Below, piece by piece: positions 1-9,237 of a DNA stretch of 64,000 bases. The position numbers and the translations under genes were made by a program. The first letter of the stretch is position 1. Every line of letters begins with the position of its first letter. The notes under the pieces are model-generated. The model saw only the letters and a program-made list of their open reading frames with translations, ran no database searches and had not been told where the DNA came from. Origin of the DNA: an uncultured bacterium (GTDB lineage Bacteria > CSSED10-310 > CALFER01); assembly GCA_937951895.1 (NCBI GenBank), contig CALFER010000090.1, positions 25,648 through 89,647 on the forward strand, written 5' to 3'.

Positions 1-1
1 C

Positions 2-304
2 CATACACTCAGACTCGATCAGGATCGCATGGCGTTCGATGTCGAGATCATTGTCAAGGCCGTCAGACACGGATACCGCATCCGGAATCTGGAGGTACCC
101 GTCCGCTATTTCAAGGGAAGCGAGCGTGTCACGCATTTTCGTCTGTTTCGGGACAACTGGGAGATGAGCAAGCTGCATTTCCTGTTTACCTGGGGATGCC
201 TCGTTCACTGGCCCGCCATGCTGATTCCGCGTTATGACGAGCAGTTCCGCCGACCGATGCACCGACAGCATTTCCCTATTGATTCCCGGTCGGCATCATC
301 ATAG
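2..304 (+). CDS. C-terminal fragment of a family-2 glycosyltransferase (DPM1-like); the gene starts upstream of the window
   Basis: Frame is open from the window edge. The translation ...GYRIRNLEVPVRYFKGSERVTHFRLFRDNWEMSKL resembles GT2 C-termini. The stop is at 304. Confidence 0.45.
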   Translation, partial: HTLRLDQDRMAFDVEIIVKAVRHGYRIRNLEVPVRYFKGSERVTHFRLFRDNWEMSKLHFLFTWGCLVHWPAMLIPRYDEQFRRPMHRQHFPIDSRSASS

Positions 305-357
305 CATGTTGTGCTGCTCCGGCGGCGAGACTCTCAACTACAGGAGGCACCATCCCA

Positions 358-1692
358 TTGTCCGCACTCAACCCACCCTATACCGATCGACGTGCTCTTC
401 CGATCTCGTTTTATCCGCTCCTGAGCGCTGAAGACGACGTCGATTCGGCCGCCATCGACCGCTTTACTGACTCACTCAAACAATCGGAGCCACCGGATCG
501 TTCGACGCTTTTGTACATCCACGTGCCCTTTTGCGAGTCCATATGCCGGTTCTGCGGATTCTATCGACGTCTGACGACCGATTTTGCGCCGCTCTCGCGC
601 GCCGAACTTCTCGATCGATTCACCTCGGCGCTGACCCGCGAGATCGCTTGCTGGCGCACCGTGATCGACCCGGGGGTGCATGCCATCGAGAGCATCTACA
701 TCGGAGGAGGCACCCCGAGTCTGCTCTCGTGTGCGAACATCGAAGCAATGATCGGAACCTTGCGCCGGCAGTTCGACCTGAGAGCGGATTGCGAGATCAC
801 TTTCGAAGGTGAGGTGCGCTCGATCGGCGATCCGGAGAAGCTATCCGTATTGAGGGATCTCGGTGTGACCCGTGTTTCGTTCGGTGTTCAGACTTTTCAC
901 GAATCCGTCCGGAAACTCAACGGCCTCCAACCGACTCTCGACCAGATCCGCCGCTGCGCGGACCGCGTGCGCAACGCCGGTTTCCAGGTCAACGTCGATC
1001 TGATGTACGGCCTCCCGTCACAGGATTTCGAGATCTTCATGAACGATCTGAGCATCGCCGTGCATGAACTCCGGGTATCACACATCGATCTGTACGACAC
1101 GATTCTCTACCCGAACATCGATCTCTTCACCCGGCGCGAAGTGTTTTCAGGAATGCTCCCCCCGGAGGAGGAAGGCGTTCGGATGCTGATGCGCGCAATC
1201 GAGTTCTTCCGTTCGGAGGGTTTCGTTCAACTCACGGCGGATGATTTCGTCCGGCCCGGAGCCGAGTATCGCATGAAGGATCTGATCTACGGGAGCCGCT
1301 CGGGGCATTCCCAGGTGCTCGCCATGGGACCCGCCGCCGTCGGATATCTCGGATACACGTCCTACCGGAACGAAGTTCTCGAACACTATCTGCCCTCTGA
1401 CTGGCAGCGTCCGACGATTCAGAGATTGCGCACGAGTGACGATCATGAGAAAGCCAACCGCGCGCTTATTTTTTATCCGAAGCGTCTGATGTTGAATGTG
1501 CCGGATCACTGCATCGAGCCATCACCTGAAGGCAAAGCGATTCTGGAACGTCAGATCGCCTGCGGGCTGGCGCAGCGACAGCCTGACGGGATTGTCCGGG
1601 CAACTGAACTGGGCAAACTCTGGGTCGACTCGATGTCCGCCGAATTTCTCAGCCCATCCGAAAAGCGCCGGATATTCAAACTGGTTCAGTAG
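358..1692 (+). CDS. Radical SAM enzyme of the HemN/HemW (class C) family. In this context it is more likely an acyl-chain modifying enzyme than a coproporphyrinogen oxidase.
   Basis: The CxxxCxxC motif sits in HVPFCESICRFCGFY. Length is 444 aa. TTG start with AGGAGG 9 nt upstream. It is the first gene of a translationally coupled operon. Confidence 0.8.
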   Translation: MSALNPPYTDRRALPISFYPLLSAEDDVDSAAIDRFTDSLKQSEPPDRSTLLYIHVPFCESICRFCGFYRRLTTDFAPLSRAELLDRFTSALTREIACWRTVIDPGVHAIESIYIGGGTPSLLSCANIEAMIGTLRRQFDLRADCEITFEGEVRSIGDPEKLSVLRDLGVTRVSFGVQTFHESVRKLNGLQPTLDQIRRCADRVRNAGFQVNVDLMYGLPSQDFEIFMNDLSIAVHELRVSHIDLYDTILYPNIDLFTRREVFSGMLPPEEEGVRMLMRAIEFFRSEGFVQLTADDFVRPGAEYRMKDLIYGSRSGHSQVLAMGPAAVGYLGYTSYRNEVLEHYLPSDWQRPTIQRLRTSDDHEKANRALIFYPKRLMLNVPDHCIEPSPEGKAILERQIACGLAQRQPDGIVRATELGKLWVDSMSAEFLSPSEKRRIFKLVQ

Positions 1693-1702
1693 CGGTTCCG
1701 TC

Positions 1703-3028
1703 ATGAAGATCCTTTTTGTCTATCCCCGATTCCGCAAGTTCCTCGATGACCTGTCCCCCGAGGATCGATCATTTTTCGAGCCGATCCTGGGCGGTTTCAA
1801 AACCCCGCCTTCCCTGGGCATCCCGATTCTGGCGGCGCTGACCCCCTCCCGCCACCACGTCGAACTGCTCGATGATAATCTCGGAGAATCCGTCCGATTC
1901 GATACCGACGCGGATCTGGTGGCCATCAACTGCTTTACCCCCCAGGCCACACGAGCCTTCGAGCTGGCGGATGGATTTCGCGCCGCGGGGAAACGGGTGA
2001 TCATGGGCGGCATTTTCCCTTCGGCCATGCCGGATGAGGTTCTGGAGCATGCGGACGCGGTGAATATCGGAGAGGGTGAGCCGACCTGGAGGGGGATTCT
2101 GGAGGATGCCGAACGGGGTGAACTCAAGCGACGATACCTGGGCGGGAAGGGATTCGATCTGGCGTCGATGCCGATTCCCGATCGATCTCTGTTTTATGCC
2201 AAAGCAGGTTATGATTGGCATTCCGCCCTGGTCCAGATCGCCAGGGGCTGTGGCTACAACTGCGCCATGTGCGTAATCCCCGAGCATTTCGGACACAGGA
2301 TTCGATTCCGGCCCATCGCAGACATCGTTGAGGAGATCAGGGCGCTGCCATATGACCAGATCTATCTCGCGGACGACACCCTGTTTCTGACCGACCGCCG
2401 GAGCGTGCAGTATGCGACGGATCTGTTCGCCGCGCTGGCCCCGCTGAAGAAGCGGCTGTTCCTTTCCTCGACGCTCGCGCTCAATACGGATCTCGAATTC
2501 CTCAAGCTCGCCCGGACAGCCGGTACGGAAACATTTTACTGTACCTTGAACGTCGATCCCGTTTCGATGCGGGCAATCTATCCGGAGACCCAGACGCATC
2601 GCAGGCGGCTCATCGATCTGGTACACGCCATCAAAGATCTCGGCATCCACTTCTACGCCTCGTTCGGGATCGGCCGGGACTGGGATGATGCGAGCATCAC
2701 GGAACGGATTCTGGAGTTGAGCGTGCAGGCGGGAATCGATATCGCGGAATTCTTTATTTTCTCGCCATTCCCGGGATCCGTGCAGTTCCAGCGGATGAAC
2801 TCGCAGAAACGATTGTTGCACCGCCGCTGGGAACTCTATAACGGAGCCAACGTCGTCTACCTGCCCCTGAAGATGGATCCGGATGTTCTCCAGGACGTTT
2901 TCATGCGGACCTGGCGTGAGTTTTATCGCATAAACCGCCGCGACTGGGTGCTCGAACGCATGGGAAAGCACACCTCGAAGAGTCCGCATCCCGATCATGA
3001 CGTTCCGGGCGGATTGACCCCGAGATGA
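1703..3028 (+). CDS. B12-binding domain radical SAM protein (class B radical SAM methyltransferase-like)
   Basis: The N-terminal MKILFVYPRF...GIPILAALT...VAINCFTPQ...VIMGGIFPS is a cobalamin-binding Rossmann-like domain. It is followed by the radical SAM motif ARGCGYNCAMCVIPEHFG. The track ORF 1496-3028 is an upstream extension overlapping gene 1. ATG at 1703 fits the family N-terminus. Confidence 0.8.
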   Translation: MKILFVYPRFRKFLDDLSPEDRSFFEPILGGFKTPPSLGIPILAALTPSRHHVELLDDNLGESVRFDTDADLVAINCFTPQATRAFELADGFRAAGKRVIMGGIFPSAMPDEVLEHADAVNIGEGEPTWRGILEDAERGELKRRYLGGKGFDLASMPIPDRSLFYAKAGYDWHSALVQIARGCGYNCAMCVIPEHFGHRIRFRPIADIVEEIRALPYDQIYLADDTLFLTDRRSVQYATDLFAALAPLKKRLFLSSTLALNTDLEFLKLARTAGTETFYCTLNVDPVSMRAIYPETQTHRRRLIDLVHAIKDLGIHFYASFGIGRDWDDASITERILELSVQAGIDIAEFFIFSPFPGSVQFQRMNSQKRLLHRRWELYNGANVVYLPLKMDPDVLQDVFMRTWREFYRINRRDWVLERMGKHTSKSPHPDHDVPGGLTPR

Positions 3029-5427
3029 CCGGGTACGCCCGCATCGCGATTACCGGGATCGGCGTCGTGAGCCCGATCGGATCGACAATCGACGCCTTTC
3101 TGGAATCCCTCAGCCAATCCCGCTGCGGCATTCGCCCGATGCAGGCATTCGACACCTCACCATTCCGGACAAATCTGGCCGGTGAGATTCCGGAGTTCGA
3201 TCCGCGGGATGAGTTGACGGACGACGAGATCGCCGAGTGGGGCGATCGGTATCTCTGGCTGGCGCTGTCCGCCGCACGGATGGCGATCCGGGATGCCGGT
3301 TACAGCGAGGGTTTCTCTGGAGCCCGCACGGTCGGAATCGCCGCGGGAACGTGCAACGGTGGATTACAGACCGCCGAACGGCTGTACCGGATGTTGCATG
3401 GAAACGAACCCGGGCATGTCGACGAACGGATGAACATCCTGTTCCGGTATTTTGCTCTGGGGCGCGCGCTTTCGAAGGTGTTCGCGATCGGAGGACCGGT
3501 GCATATCGTGACCACCGCGTGCGCCTCATCAACCGGCGCGCTGGGCCTGGGAGCCGACATGATCCGGTCCGGGCGCGCGGACTGCGTGCTTGCCGGAGGA
3601 GCCGATGCGTTGTGTCTGACGGCATATTCCGGTTTCAGCGGCATCAAGGCGATGGCAACCGGAATGACGACCCCATTCTCGGGCGCCGGAGAATACGGAT
3701 TGAATCTCGGCGAAGGAGCCGCCTTCTGGATTCTCGAGCACTTCGACGGGGCGATTGCGCGACAGGCGCGGATCTATGGTGAATTGCTGGATTACGGTCT
3801 TTCAGCGGATGCCTACCATGTCACGGCTCCTGATCCTCAGGGCGCAGGGACTCTGCGAGCCATGCGGTCCGCTCTGGAACGATCGGGAATCACCCCCGCG
3901 GAACTGGGATACATCAATCCGCATGGAACCGGAACCGAAGCCAACGATCGTTCGGAGTCTCGTGCAATCGAGAAACTGCTCGGTGACTCGAGTCTCACGG
4001 TACCGGTCAGTTCCTCCAAATCGTTTTTCGGACACTGTCTCGGAGCTGCGGGAATCCTGGAAGCTACGGCGTCTTTGCTCAGCATGCGAGCGGGTGTGAT
4101 CCCGCCGACGCTGAATTTTACCGACCCGAGACCAGGCTGCCGGTTGGATTATGTCCCGAATCAGGCAAGGCCGGCGCAATATCGTGCATTTCTGTCCAAC
4201 AGCATGGCATTCGGAGGCAACAATGCGGCGGTTTGCGTTAGTCTGGCCGGTGAATCTCCGCGTAACGGAACCGCGGCATCGGAGCGCAGGCGGGTCGTCA
4301 TAACGGGAACGGGAGCGGTGTCGCCGTTCGGACTGGATCCCGCCGCCCTGCTCACGGGACTCGCCACCGACCGATCAGCCATCCGCCCGATCGACCGTTT
4401 CAGCACTGACCATTGCGCATCACATCGAGCGGGTCTCGTTCCTCAGACCGATTGGAAACGTGCGGATCGCCGGATGAATCTCCAGGACCTGGAACCCCTC
4501 AGCCGCTATGCGACGTTGGCCGCCCGTCAGGCCCTCGATTCGGCGAATCTCAGGGTCACGCCCCGCAACTGTGATGCGGTCGGAATGATTCTCGGGGTCT
4601 GTGTCGGCCCGAACGAAGAAGTGCTGATGAACAGCGTCTGGGGTTCGCCCGACCACACACCGGACCTCGGGAAGTTTTCGGTCATCGTCGCCAATTCCGT
4701 CAGTGGGTGCGCATCCAAGGAACTCTTTTTGAAAGGCTATAACACCGTGCTTTCACCGGGGCATCACGCAGGCATGGCCGCGCTGATCCAGACCCAGGAC
4801 GCCATCGAACTCGGCCATTGCAACTCGATCGTCTGCGGGGCGAGTGATGAACTGTTTGCACGATACTTCTATAATTATGACACGGTGGGGTATCTGGCCC
4901 GTGCCTGCGATGAAATCCGATATGGCGAAGTGCTTCTTCCGGCCCGTCAGCGGGTTCTGGGAGAGGGGGCCGCTGCGCTGCTCGTGGAATCGCATGCGAC
5001 CGCCATCGAGAGCGGGCATGCGATTCTGGCCGAGATTCTCGGATCAGGCATGATCCACGACCCCGGACCGCTGCTCGAAGGCTGTCAATCCGAAGCCGGC
5101 CTTCTCGCCGCCATCGAAATCGCGTATGCACGCTCCGGTGTCGACCCGCGGCGCACGCAGTGCATCCTGCGCGCCCCTCAGGGGAATGCGGATGACCGAT
5201 TCGAACTCGGTGCAATCGAGCACTTTTTCGATCGATTTGGTGTTCATCCCTCCCGGCGCACGACTGTATTCCAAACCGGGTATGCCGAATCGGTTTCCGT
5301 ATTGTTCAACGTGGTGGCTATGTTGAACGGCTGGCGGGACGAGGCCATGCGCCTGCCGGGACACGTTCTGGTAACGGCATCGACGCTGATGGGGTACCAT
5401 TACGCGATGATCATGGAGGTTTTGTGA
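3025..5427 (+). CDS. Tandem ketosynthase didomain protein: N-terminal FabF-like KS with a full Cys-His-His triad, fused to a second KS-fold domain lacking the His motifs (CLF-like)
   Basis: Domain 1 has ITGIGVVSPIG, TACASS (active Cys), INPHGTGTEANDRSE and SSSKSFFGHCLGAAG. Domain 2 restarts with VVITGTGAVSPFG, has ANSVSGCASKELFLKG, but no HGTGT/GHxxGAAG motifs. The ATGA overlap with the upstream gene indicates translational coupling. Confidence 0.8.
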   Translation: MTGYARIAITGIGVVSPIGSTIDAFLESLSQSRCGIRPMQAFDTSPFRTNLAGEIPEFDPRDELTDDEIAEWGDRYLWLALSAARMAIRDAGYSEGFSGARTVGIAAGTCNGGLQTAERLYRMLHGNEPGHVDERMNILFRYFALGRALSKVFAIGGPVHIVTTACASSTGALGLGADMIRSGRADCVLAGGADALCLTAYSGFSGIKAMATGMTTPFSGAGEYGLNLGEGAAFWILEHFDGAIARQARIYGELLDYGLSADAYHVTAPDPQGAGTLRAMRSALERSGITPAELGYINPHGTGTEANDRSESRAIEKLLGDSSLTVPVSSSKSFFGHCLGAAGILEATASLLSMRAGVIPPTLNFTDPRPGCRLDYVPNQARPAQYRAFLSNSMAFGGNNAAVCVSLAGESPRNGTAASERRRVVITGTGAVSPFGLDPAALLTGLATDRSAIRPIDRFSTDHCASHRAGLVPQTDWKRADRRMNLQDLEPLSRYATLAARQALDSANLRVTPRNCDAVGMILGVCVGPNEEVLMNSVWGSPDHTPDLGKFSVIVANSVSGCASKELFLKGYNTVLSPGHHAGMAALIQTQDAIELGHCNSIVCGASDELFARYFYNYDTVGYLARACDEIRYGEVLLPARQRVLGEGAAALLVESHATAIESGHAILAEILGSGMIHDPGPLLEGCQSEAGLLAAIEIAYARSGVDPRRTQCILRAPQGNADDRFELGAIEHFFDRFGVHPSRRTTVFQTGYAESVSVLFNVVAMLNGWRDEAMRLPGHVLVTASTLMGYHYAMIMEVL

Positions 5428-7679
5428 AAGGGACGGCGGAGGTTCTGGTCACCGGGATCGGTATCGTATCCCCGATCGGAAATTCGGTTTCGGCCTTTCT
5501 GAACGCGTTGAAATCATCGAAATCCGGCATCCGTCCGATCGATCTCTTCGATGTAGCTCAGTTCAGGTCACATGTGTATGCACCGGCACATATCGAAACC
5601 TTGCCGGAACTCTCGGATCCCCCTGACACGGCGACCTGGGACCGGCATCTCCAGCTCGGCTATTTCGCTCTCAGGGATGCCCTGCGCGATGCCTCGATCG
5701 ACCGCGATCGCATTCCTGCACGAACCGGTCTGGTCTGTGCAACATGTTCCGGTCCGATGCTGACGATTGAAGCCGAGTATCTTCAGACGCCGATCGTACC
5801 GGGAGCGGGGGCGCGAACGGAATCCGTGTATCGGGATTACCGGCGGTATTACTCGATGGAGCGGACTCTCGTTCGCGTTTTCGGCATTCGTGGATTTTCG
5901 ACCACGGTTGTGACGGCGTGCGCCGCGAGCAGCAATGCGATCGGGCTGGGAGCCGATCTGATCGCCGAGGGCATTCTCGATCAAGTGTTCGTGGTCGGTT
6001 CGGATGCCTTTTCACCGTCGACGTTTGCCGGGTTCGATTTTCTGAAAGCCACCTGCATATCGGAATGTGCGCCGTTTTCGGACCCCGCCGGCATGAATCT
6101 GGGAGAAGGCGCCGGGGCCTGGGTGCTTGAAAACGGTGAGGTCGCCCGGCGACGGGGATCGAGGATCAGGGGACGGGTTCTGGGGTATGGCCTGAGCAAT
6201 GATGCCTACCATGCGACCGCGCCGGATCCGCAGGGCGAGGGGGCGATACTTGCGATGACCCGAGCCATGCATGATGCGGCGATCGACCCGGCATCCATCG
6301 GATACATCAACGCACACGGCACAGGAACGCTTCCGAATGACAGGACGGAATCGAGAGCGATCACGCGCGTGTTCTCCGATCGGACACCACCTCCGGTCAG
6401 TTCCTCAAAATCGTTCTTCGGTCATGCACTCGGTGCTGCAGGGATTCTTGAAGCATCCGCATCGCTGCTCATGATGAATGATGGCCTGCTGCCTCCGACA
6501 TTGCGATTCACGACCGCCCGGGAGGGTTGCGGACTGGATTACGTGCCGAATACGCCTCGCAAGACGGATGCCGGAGTGTTCTTGTCGAATAACTTCGCGT
6601 TTGCCGGCAATAACTCGGCGCTCTTGGTTGGAACAGTCGGGTGCGAAACCTCTTCCGCACGGGAATCGATGCCCAATGAAGTGGTGATCACGGGTTACAG
6701 CAGTCTGATGCCGGACGACACACGTGATCCGGCCGATCCGCGATCGTACACGTTCGACCTCGCGCGACTGGCACAGATGGATCGCCGTTTGCCCCTGAAG
6801 GAGATGGATGTGTCCAGTCAACTCGCGACACTGGCATCGAAGCGCGCGGTCCAGCATGCCGGATTATCGTTGAAGCCGCCGGATGCCAGGCAGATCGGCA
6901 TGATTCTTGGCCTCTGTGACGGTCCGAATCGCGGAGAAGCGGCGCATCTCAGGAGCATCGCGGTTTCCGGCCTGTCCGCTCCGAATCTCGTCATGTTTCC
7001 CTACATCGTCCTGAATTCGGTTGCCGGACAATGCTCGCGAGCATTGGGACTCAAAGGGTTTTCGTCGACTCTCTGCGGAGCCCCCGGTGCGGGGCTCCAT
7101 GCACTGATCTATGCCGCACTCGCAATCCGGCGCGGGCATGCGTCGATCTGTCTGGCATGCGGAGTCGATGAACGCCAGGAGTCGTATGTGTATGTGGATG
7201 AGAGTTCACATGCGGATGCCGGAATCGAGGATCGGCCTGTCAGTGACGGGGCGGCGTGCCTGGTTCTGGAGTCCGCCGGGTCCGCTCATGCGCGTCAGGC
7301 GAACGTCCTGGGCCGTTGGTTGAGCGGGTCGAGTTCCAATCTGGGGCCGGATCGATCCGAGGTGAACATCGGGCGTGAATGGGAGAGGTTCATTGAAGAA
7401 CTGGGCATCCCCCGCCGATCGATCGCAGGGATCGTGGTCGATGCCGATTATGGCATCGACGCGAAACGGATCGAGGAAGTGGCCCGGCGGTTTTCCTCCT
7501 CGACCGGAGCGAGGATTATCAGCGGAACGGAAGCCGGAAGCGCCCGTTCGTTGTCTTCCGGAGCACTCCGCAACATCTCGATCGCGCTGCAGATCCCGAA
7601 CTGTTCGGGGAAAACAGTCCTGACCGCCTACCTGTCGTCACTCGGACAACTCGGACTGATTGCGCTGCGGATCGAATAA
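5424..7679 (+). CDS. Second tandem KS/CLF-like didomain protein, paralogous to 3025-5427
   Basis: Domain 1 has VTGIGIVSPIG, TACAASSNAIGLGAD, INAHGTGTLPNDRTE and SSSKSFFGHALGAAG. Domain 2 has VVITGYSS...LNSVAGQCSRALGLKG without the His motifs. GTG start in a GTGA overlap, GGAGG 4 nt upstream. Confidence 0.8.
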   Translation: MKGTAEVLVTGIGIVSPIGNSVSAFLNALKSSKSGIRPIDLFDVAQFRSHVYAPAHIETLPELSDPPDTATWDRHLQLGYFALRDALRDASIDRDRIPARTGLVCATCSGPMLTIEAEYLQTPIVPGAGARTESVYRDYRRYYSMERTLVRVFGIRGFSTTVVTACAASSNAIGLGADLIAEGILDQVFVVGSDAFSPSTFAGFDFLKATCISECAPFSDPAGMNLGEGAGAWVLENGEVARRRGSRIRGRVLGYGLSNDAYHATAPDPQGEGAILAMTRAMHDAAIDPASIGYINAHGTGTLPNDRTESRAITRVFSDRTPPPVSSSKSFFGHALGAAGILEASASLLMMNDGLLPPTLRFTTAREGCGLDYVPNTPRKTDAGVFLSNNFAFAGNNSALLVGTVGCETSSARESMPNEVVITGYSSLMPDDTRDPADPRSYTFDLARLAQMDRRLPLKEMDVSSQLATLASKRAVQHAGLSLKPPDARQIGMILGLCDGPNRGEAAHLRSIAVSGLSAPNLVMFPYIVLNSVAGQCSRALGLKGFSSTLCGAPGAGLHALIYAALAIRRGHASICLACGVDERQESYVYVDESSHADAGIEDRPVSDGAACLVLESAGSAHARQANVLGRWLSGSSSNLGPDRSEVNIGREWERFIEELGIPRRSIAGIVVDADYGIDAKRIEEVARRFSSSTGARIISGTEAGSARSLSSGALRNISIALQIPNCSGKTVLTAYLSSLGQLGLIALRIE

Positions 7680-7798
7680 CCCGTAACGATCTCGATTCCA
7701 TAACCCGAAAAACGTTCTTGGAAATTGTGTCTCTATTTGCTAAACATATCTCTTCTATCGACCATCCAATCCAGTCAGGAAGGAAGAATCGCAATAGA

Positions 7799-8119
7799 AT
7801 GAATGCGTCAATCGAAAACAGAATAGCGACCCGGTCGGCAGTGATTTCCCGTGTCAAACGCGATCTGATCCAGAGGCTGTCACTTTCTTATACCGAAGAG
7901 GATCTGCATGAAGATGCATCGCTCATCGGCTCCGGTCTCGGACTCGATTCACTCGATGCGCTCGAAATCATTCTCGGGATCGAACAGGAATTCAGGGTCA
8001 AGATCGAGGAAGGCAACATTTCCGTGTTGCGCTCCATCAATACGATCGTCGACTATATTCTCGAAAATCAAACACACCCGGCCGCGTCGGCGCAGGTCAC
8101 GGAAGGAGGCACACGATGA
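7799..8119 (+). CDS. Acyl carrier protein
   Basis: The phosphopantetheine-site motif LGLDSLDALEI is present. About 106 aa if started at ATG 7799, which has AGGAAGGA upstream. The track ORF starts earlier at 7718. Confidence 0.75.
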   Translation: MNASIENRIATRSAVISRVKRDLIQRLSLSYTEEDLHEDASLIGSGLGLDSLDALEIILGIEQEFRVKIEEGNISVLRSINTIVDYILENQTHPAASAQVTEGGTR

Positions 8120-9231
8120 CGTACAGGTCTCCCCTGCATGACCTCTCAGTATCACGAAATGCCGTGCTGACGTCGCGGGACGGATTCACCGCGGTCTCGC
8201 GTTATCGCCCGCTGGAAGACGAGTATCGCACCATACGAGAAGCCGTCGGAATGACCGATTTTTCGCATTTCCAGAAGTTCTGTTTCCGGGGTGAGGAGGC
8301 GCTGTATTTTCTGGACGAGATTCTGCCTGCGAACATCGCCAACATCCGCTACGGCCGCGTCATCCACACGTTTCTCGCAGATGACGATGGGAACCTGTTG
8401 AGCGATGTGTATGTGGCGAATCAGGACGATACGATCTGGATGATCTGCGAGAGTTGCGTTGAAACCGCCGTCATCGAACAGCGGCTGGCTGCTGCGAATA
8501 GCCACCGAATTCCTTACGACCACCTGACCGACTCGTTTGCGGCATTCTCGATCGACGGACCGCAGGCCTGGGCGGTGGCGCGTGAGATGTTCGGCCCGGA
8601 TGTGCTGGGGATGCCCTACCTGTCCGTCGAACTGCACGATGAAAGCGGCGATGGCATCGTGCTGCTGCGCACAGGCAAAACCAGTGAGTTCGGATACCTG
8701 ATGCTGGTGCCGGTCGCGCGTTGCAGGGATGTCTACGAGCGTCTGCTGGCTCTGACAGAGACCCGGAGCGGGGCGGCATGCGGGATCGATGTGTTCGACA
8801 TCCTCAAGCTCGATGGTCGTTTCTTCAACATCAACCAGGAAGGGCGGATCGTCCGCGATCCTCTCACGCTGGGACTGCAATGGATGATCGACTTTCAGAA
8901 GGATACGTATCACGGCAAGTCAGCGATCGACAGGCGGCGTGAATCCGGATTGACTCGGAAGATCATCGGTTTGAAAGCACTCGCAGCGGGAACGCCGATG
9001 AATCGTGATACACGGATCGTTTCAGGTGAAGAAACAGTGGCTGAGGTCGTCACCGTGGGCTACTCGCAGGCACTGGACACCCAGATGGCGCTGGCATTGT
9101 TCGACATCCGTTATGCCTATTCCGGACTGGAGTTCATCGCGCAGACCGAGACTGGAAACGTGCCGGTGCAGACGGTATCGCTTCCTCCGTTCATCCCCCG
9201 GAGCCTCACGATCAAACTCGATGAGATGTAG
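8116..9231 (+). CDS. GcvT-fold (aminomethyltransferase / YgfZ-like) folate-binding family protein
   Basis: 371 aa. Overall resemblance to glycine-cleavage T-protein family proteins, for example the N-terminal ...IREAVGMTDFSHFQKFCFRGEEALYFLDEIL. ATGA overlap with the ACP stop. Confidence 0.55.
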   Translation: MTYRSPLHDLSVSRNAVLTSRDGFTAVSRYRPLEDEYRTIREAVGMTDFSHFQKFCFRGEEALYFLDEILPANIANIRYGRVIHTFLADDDGNLLSDVYVANQDDTIWMICESCVETAVIEQRLAAANSHRIPYDHLTDSFAAFSIDGPQAWAVAREMFGPDVLGMPYLSVELHDESGDGIVLLRTGKTSEFGYLMLVPVARCRDVYERLLALTETRSGAACGIDVFDILKLDGRFFNINQEGRIVRDPLTLGLQWMIDFQKDTYHGKSAIDRRRESGLTRKIIGLKALAAGTPMNRDTRIVSGEETVAEVVTVGYSQALDTQMALALFDIRYAYSGLEFIAQTETGNVPVQTVSLPPFIPRSLTIKLDEM

Positions 9232-9237
9232 TCGGGC

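Noticed and set aside
1496-1702. Upstream extension of the B12-radical-SAM ORF (track start 1496) overlapping gene 1 by about 200 nt
   Set aside because: The family-typical N-terminus (MKILFVYPRF..., B12-binding domain) begins at ATG 1703, just after the gene-1 stop. The extension has no homology and would require a long same-strand overlap.
1769-2998. 409-aa antisense ORF inside the B12-radical-SAM gene. Similar long antisense/alternate-frame ORFs occur at 8152-8913, 9498-10298, 23838-24908, 27452-28399 and 14173-15024.
   Set aside because: They lie entirely within strongly supported genes on the other strand. They have Arg/Pro/Gly-rich low-complexity translations typical of stop-poor frames in high-GC DNA. 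They lack RBSs and recognisable motifs.
7718-7798. Longer ACP ORF starting at 7718
   Set aside because: The extra 27 N-terminal residues (MEIVSLFAKHISSIDHPIQSGRKNRNR) are not ACP-like and come from the AT-rich gap. ATG 7799 with an AGGAAGGA RBS gives a normal roughly 106-aa ACP.
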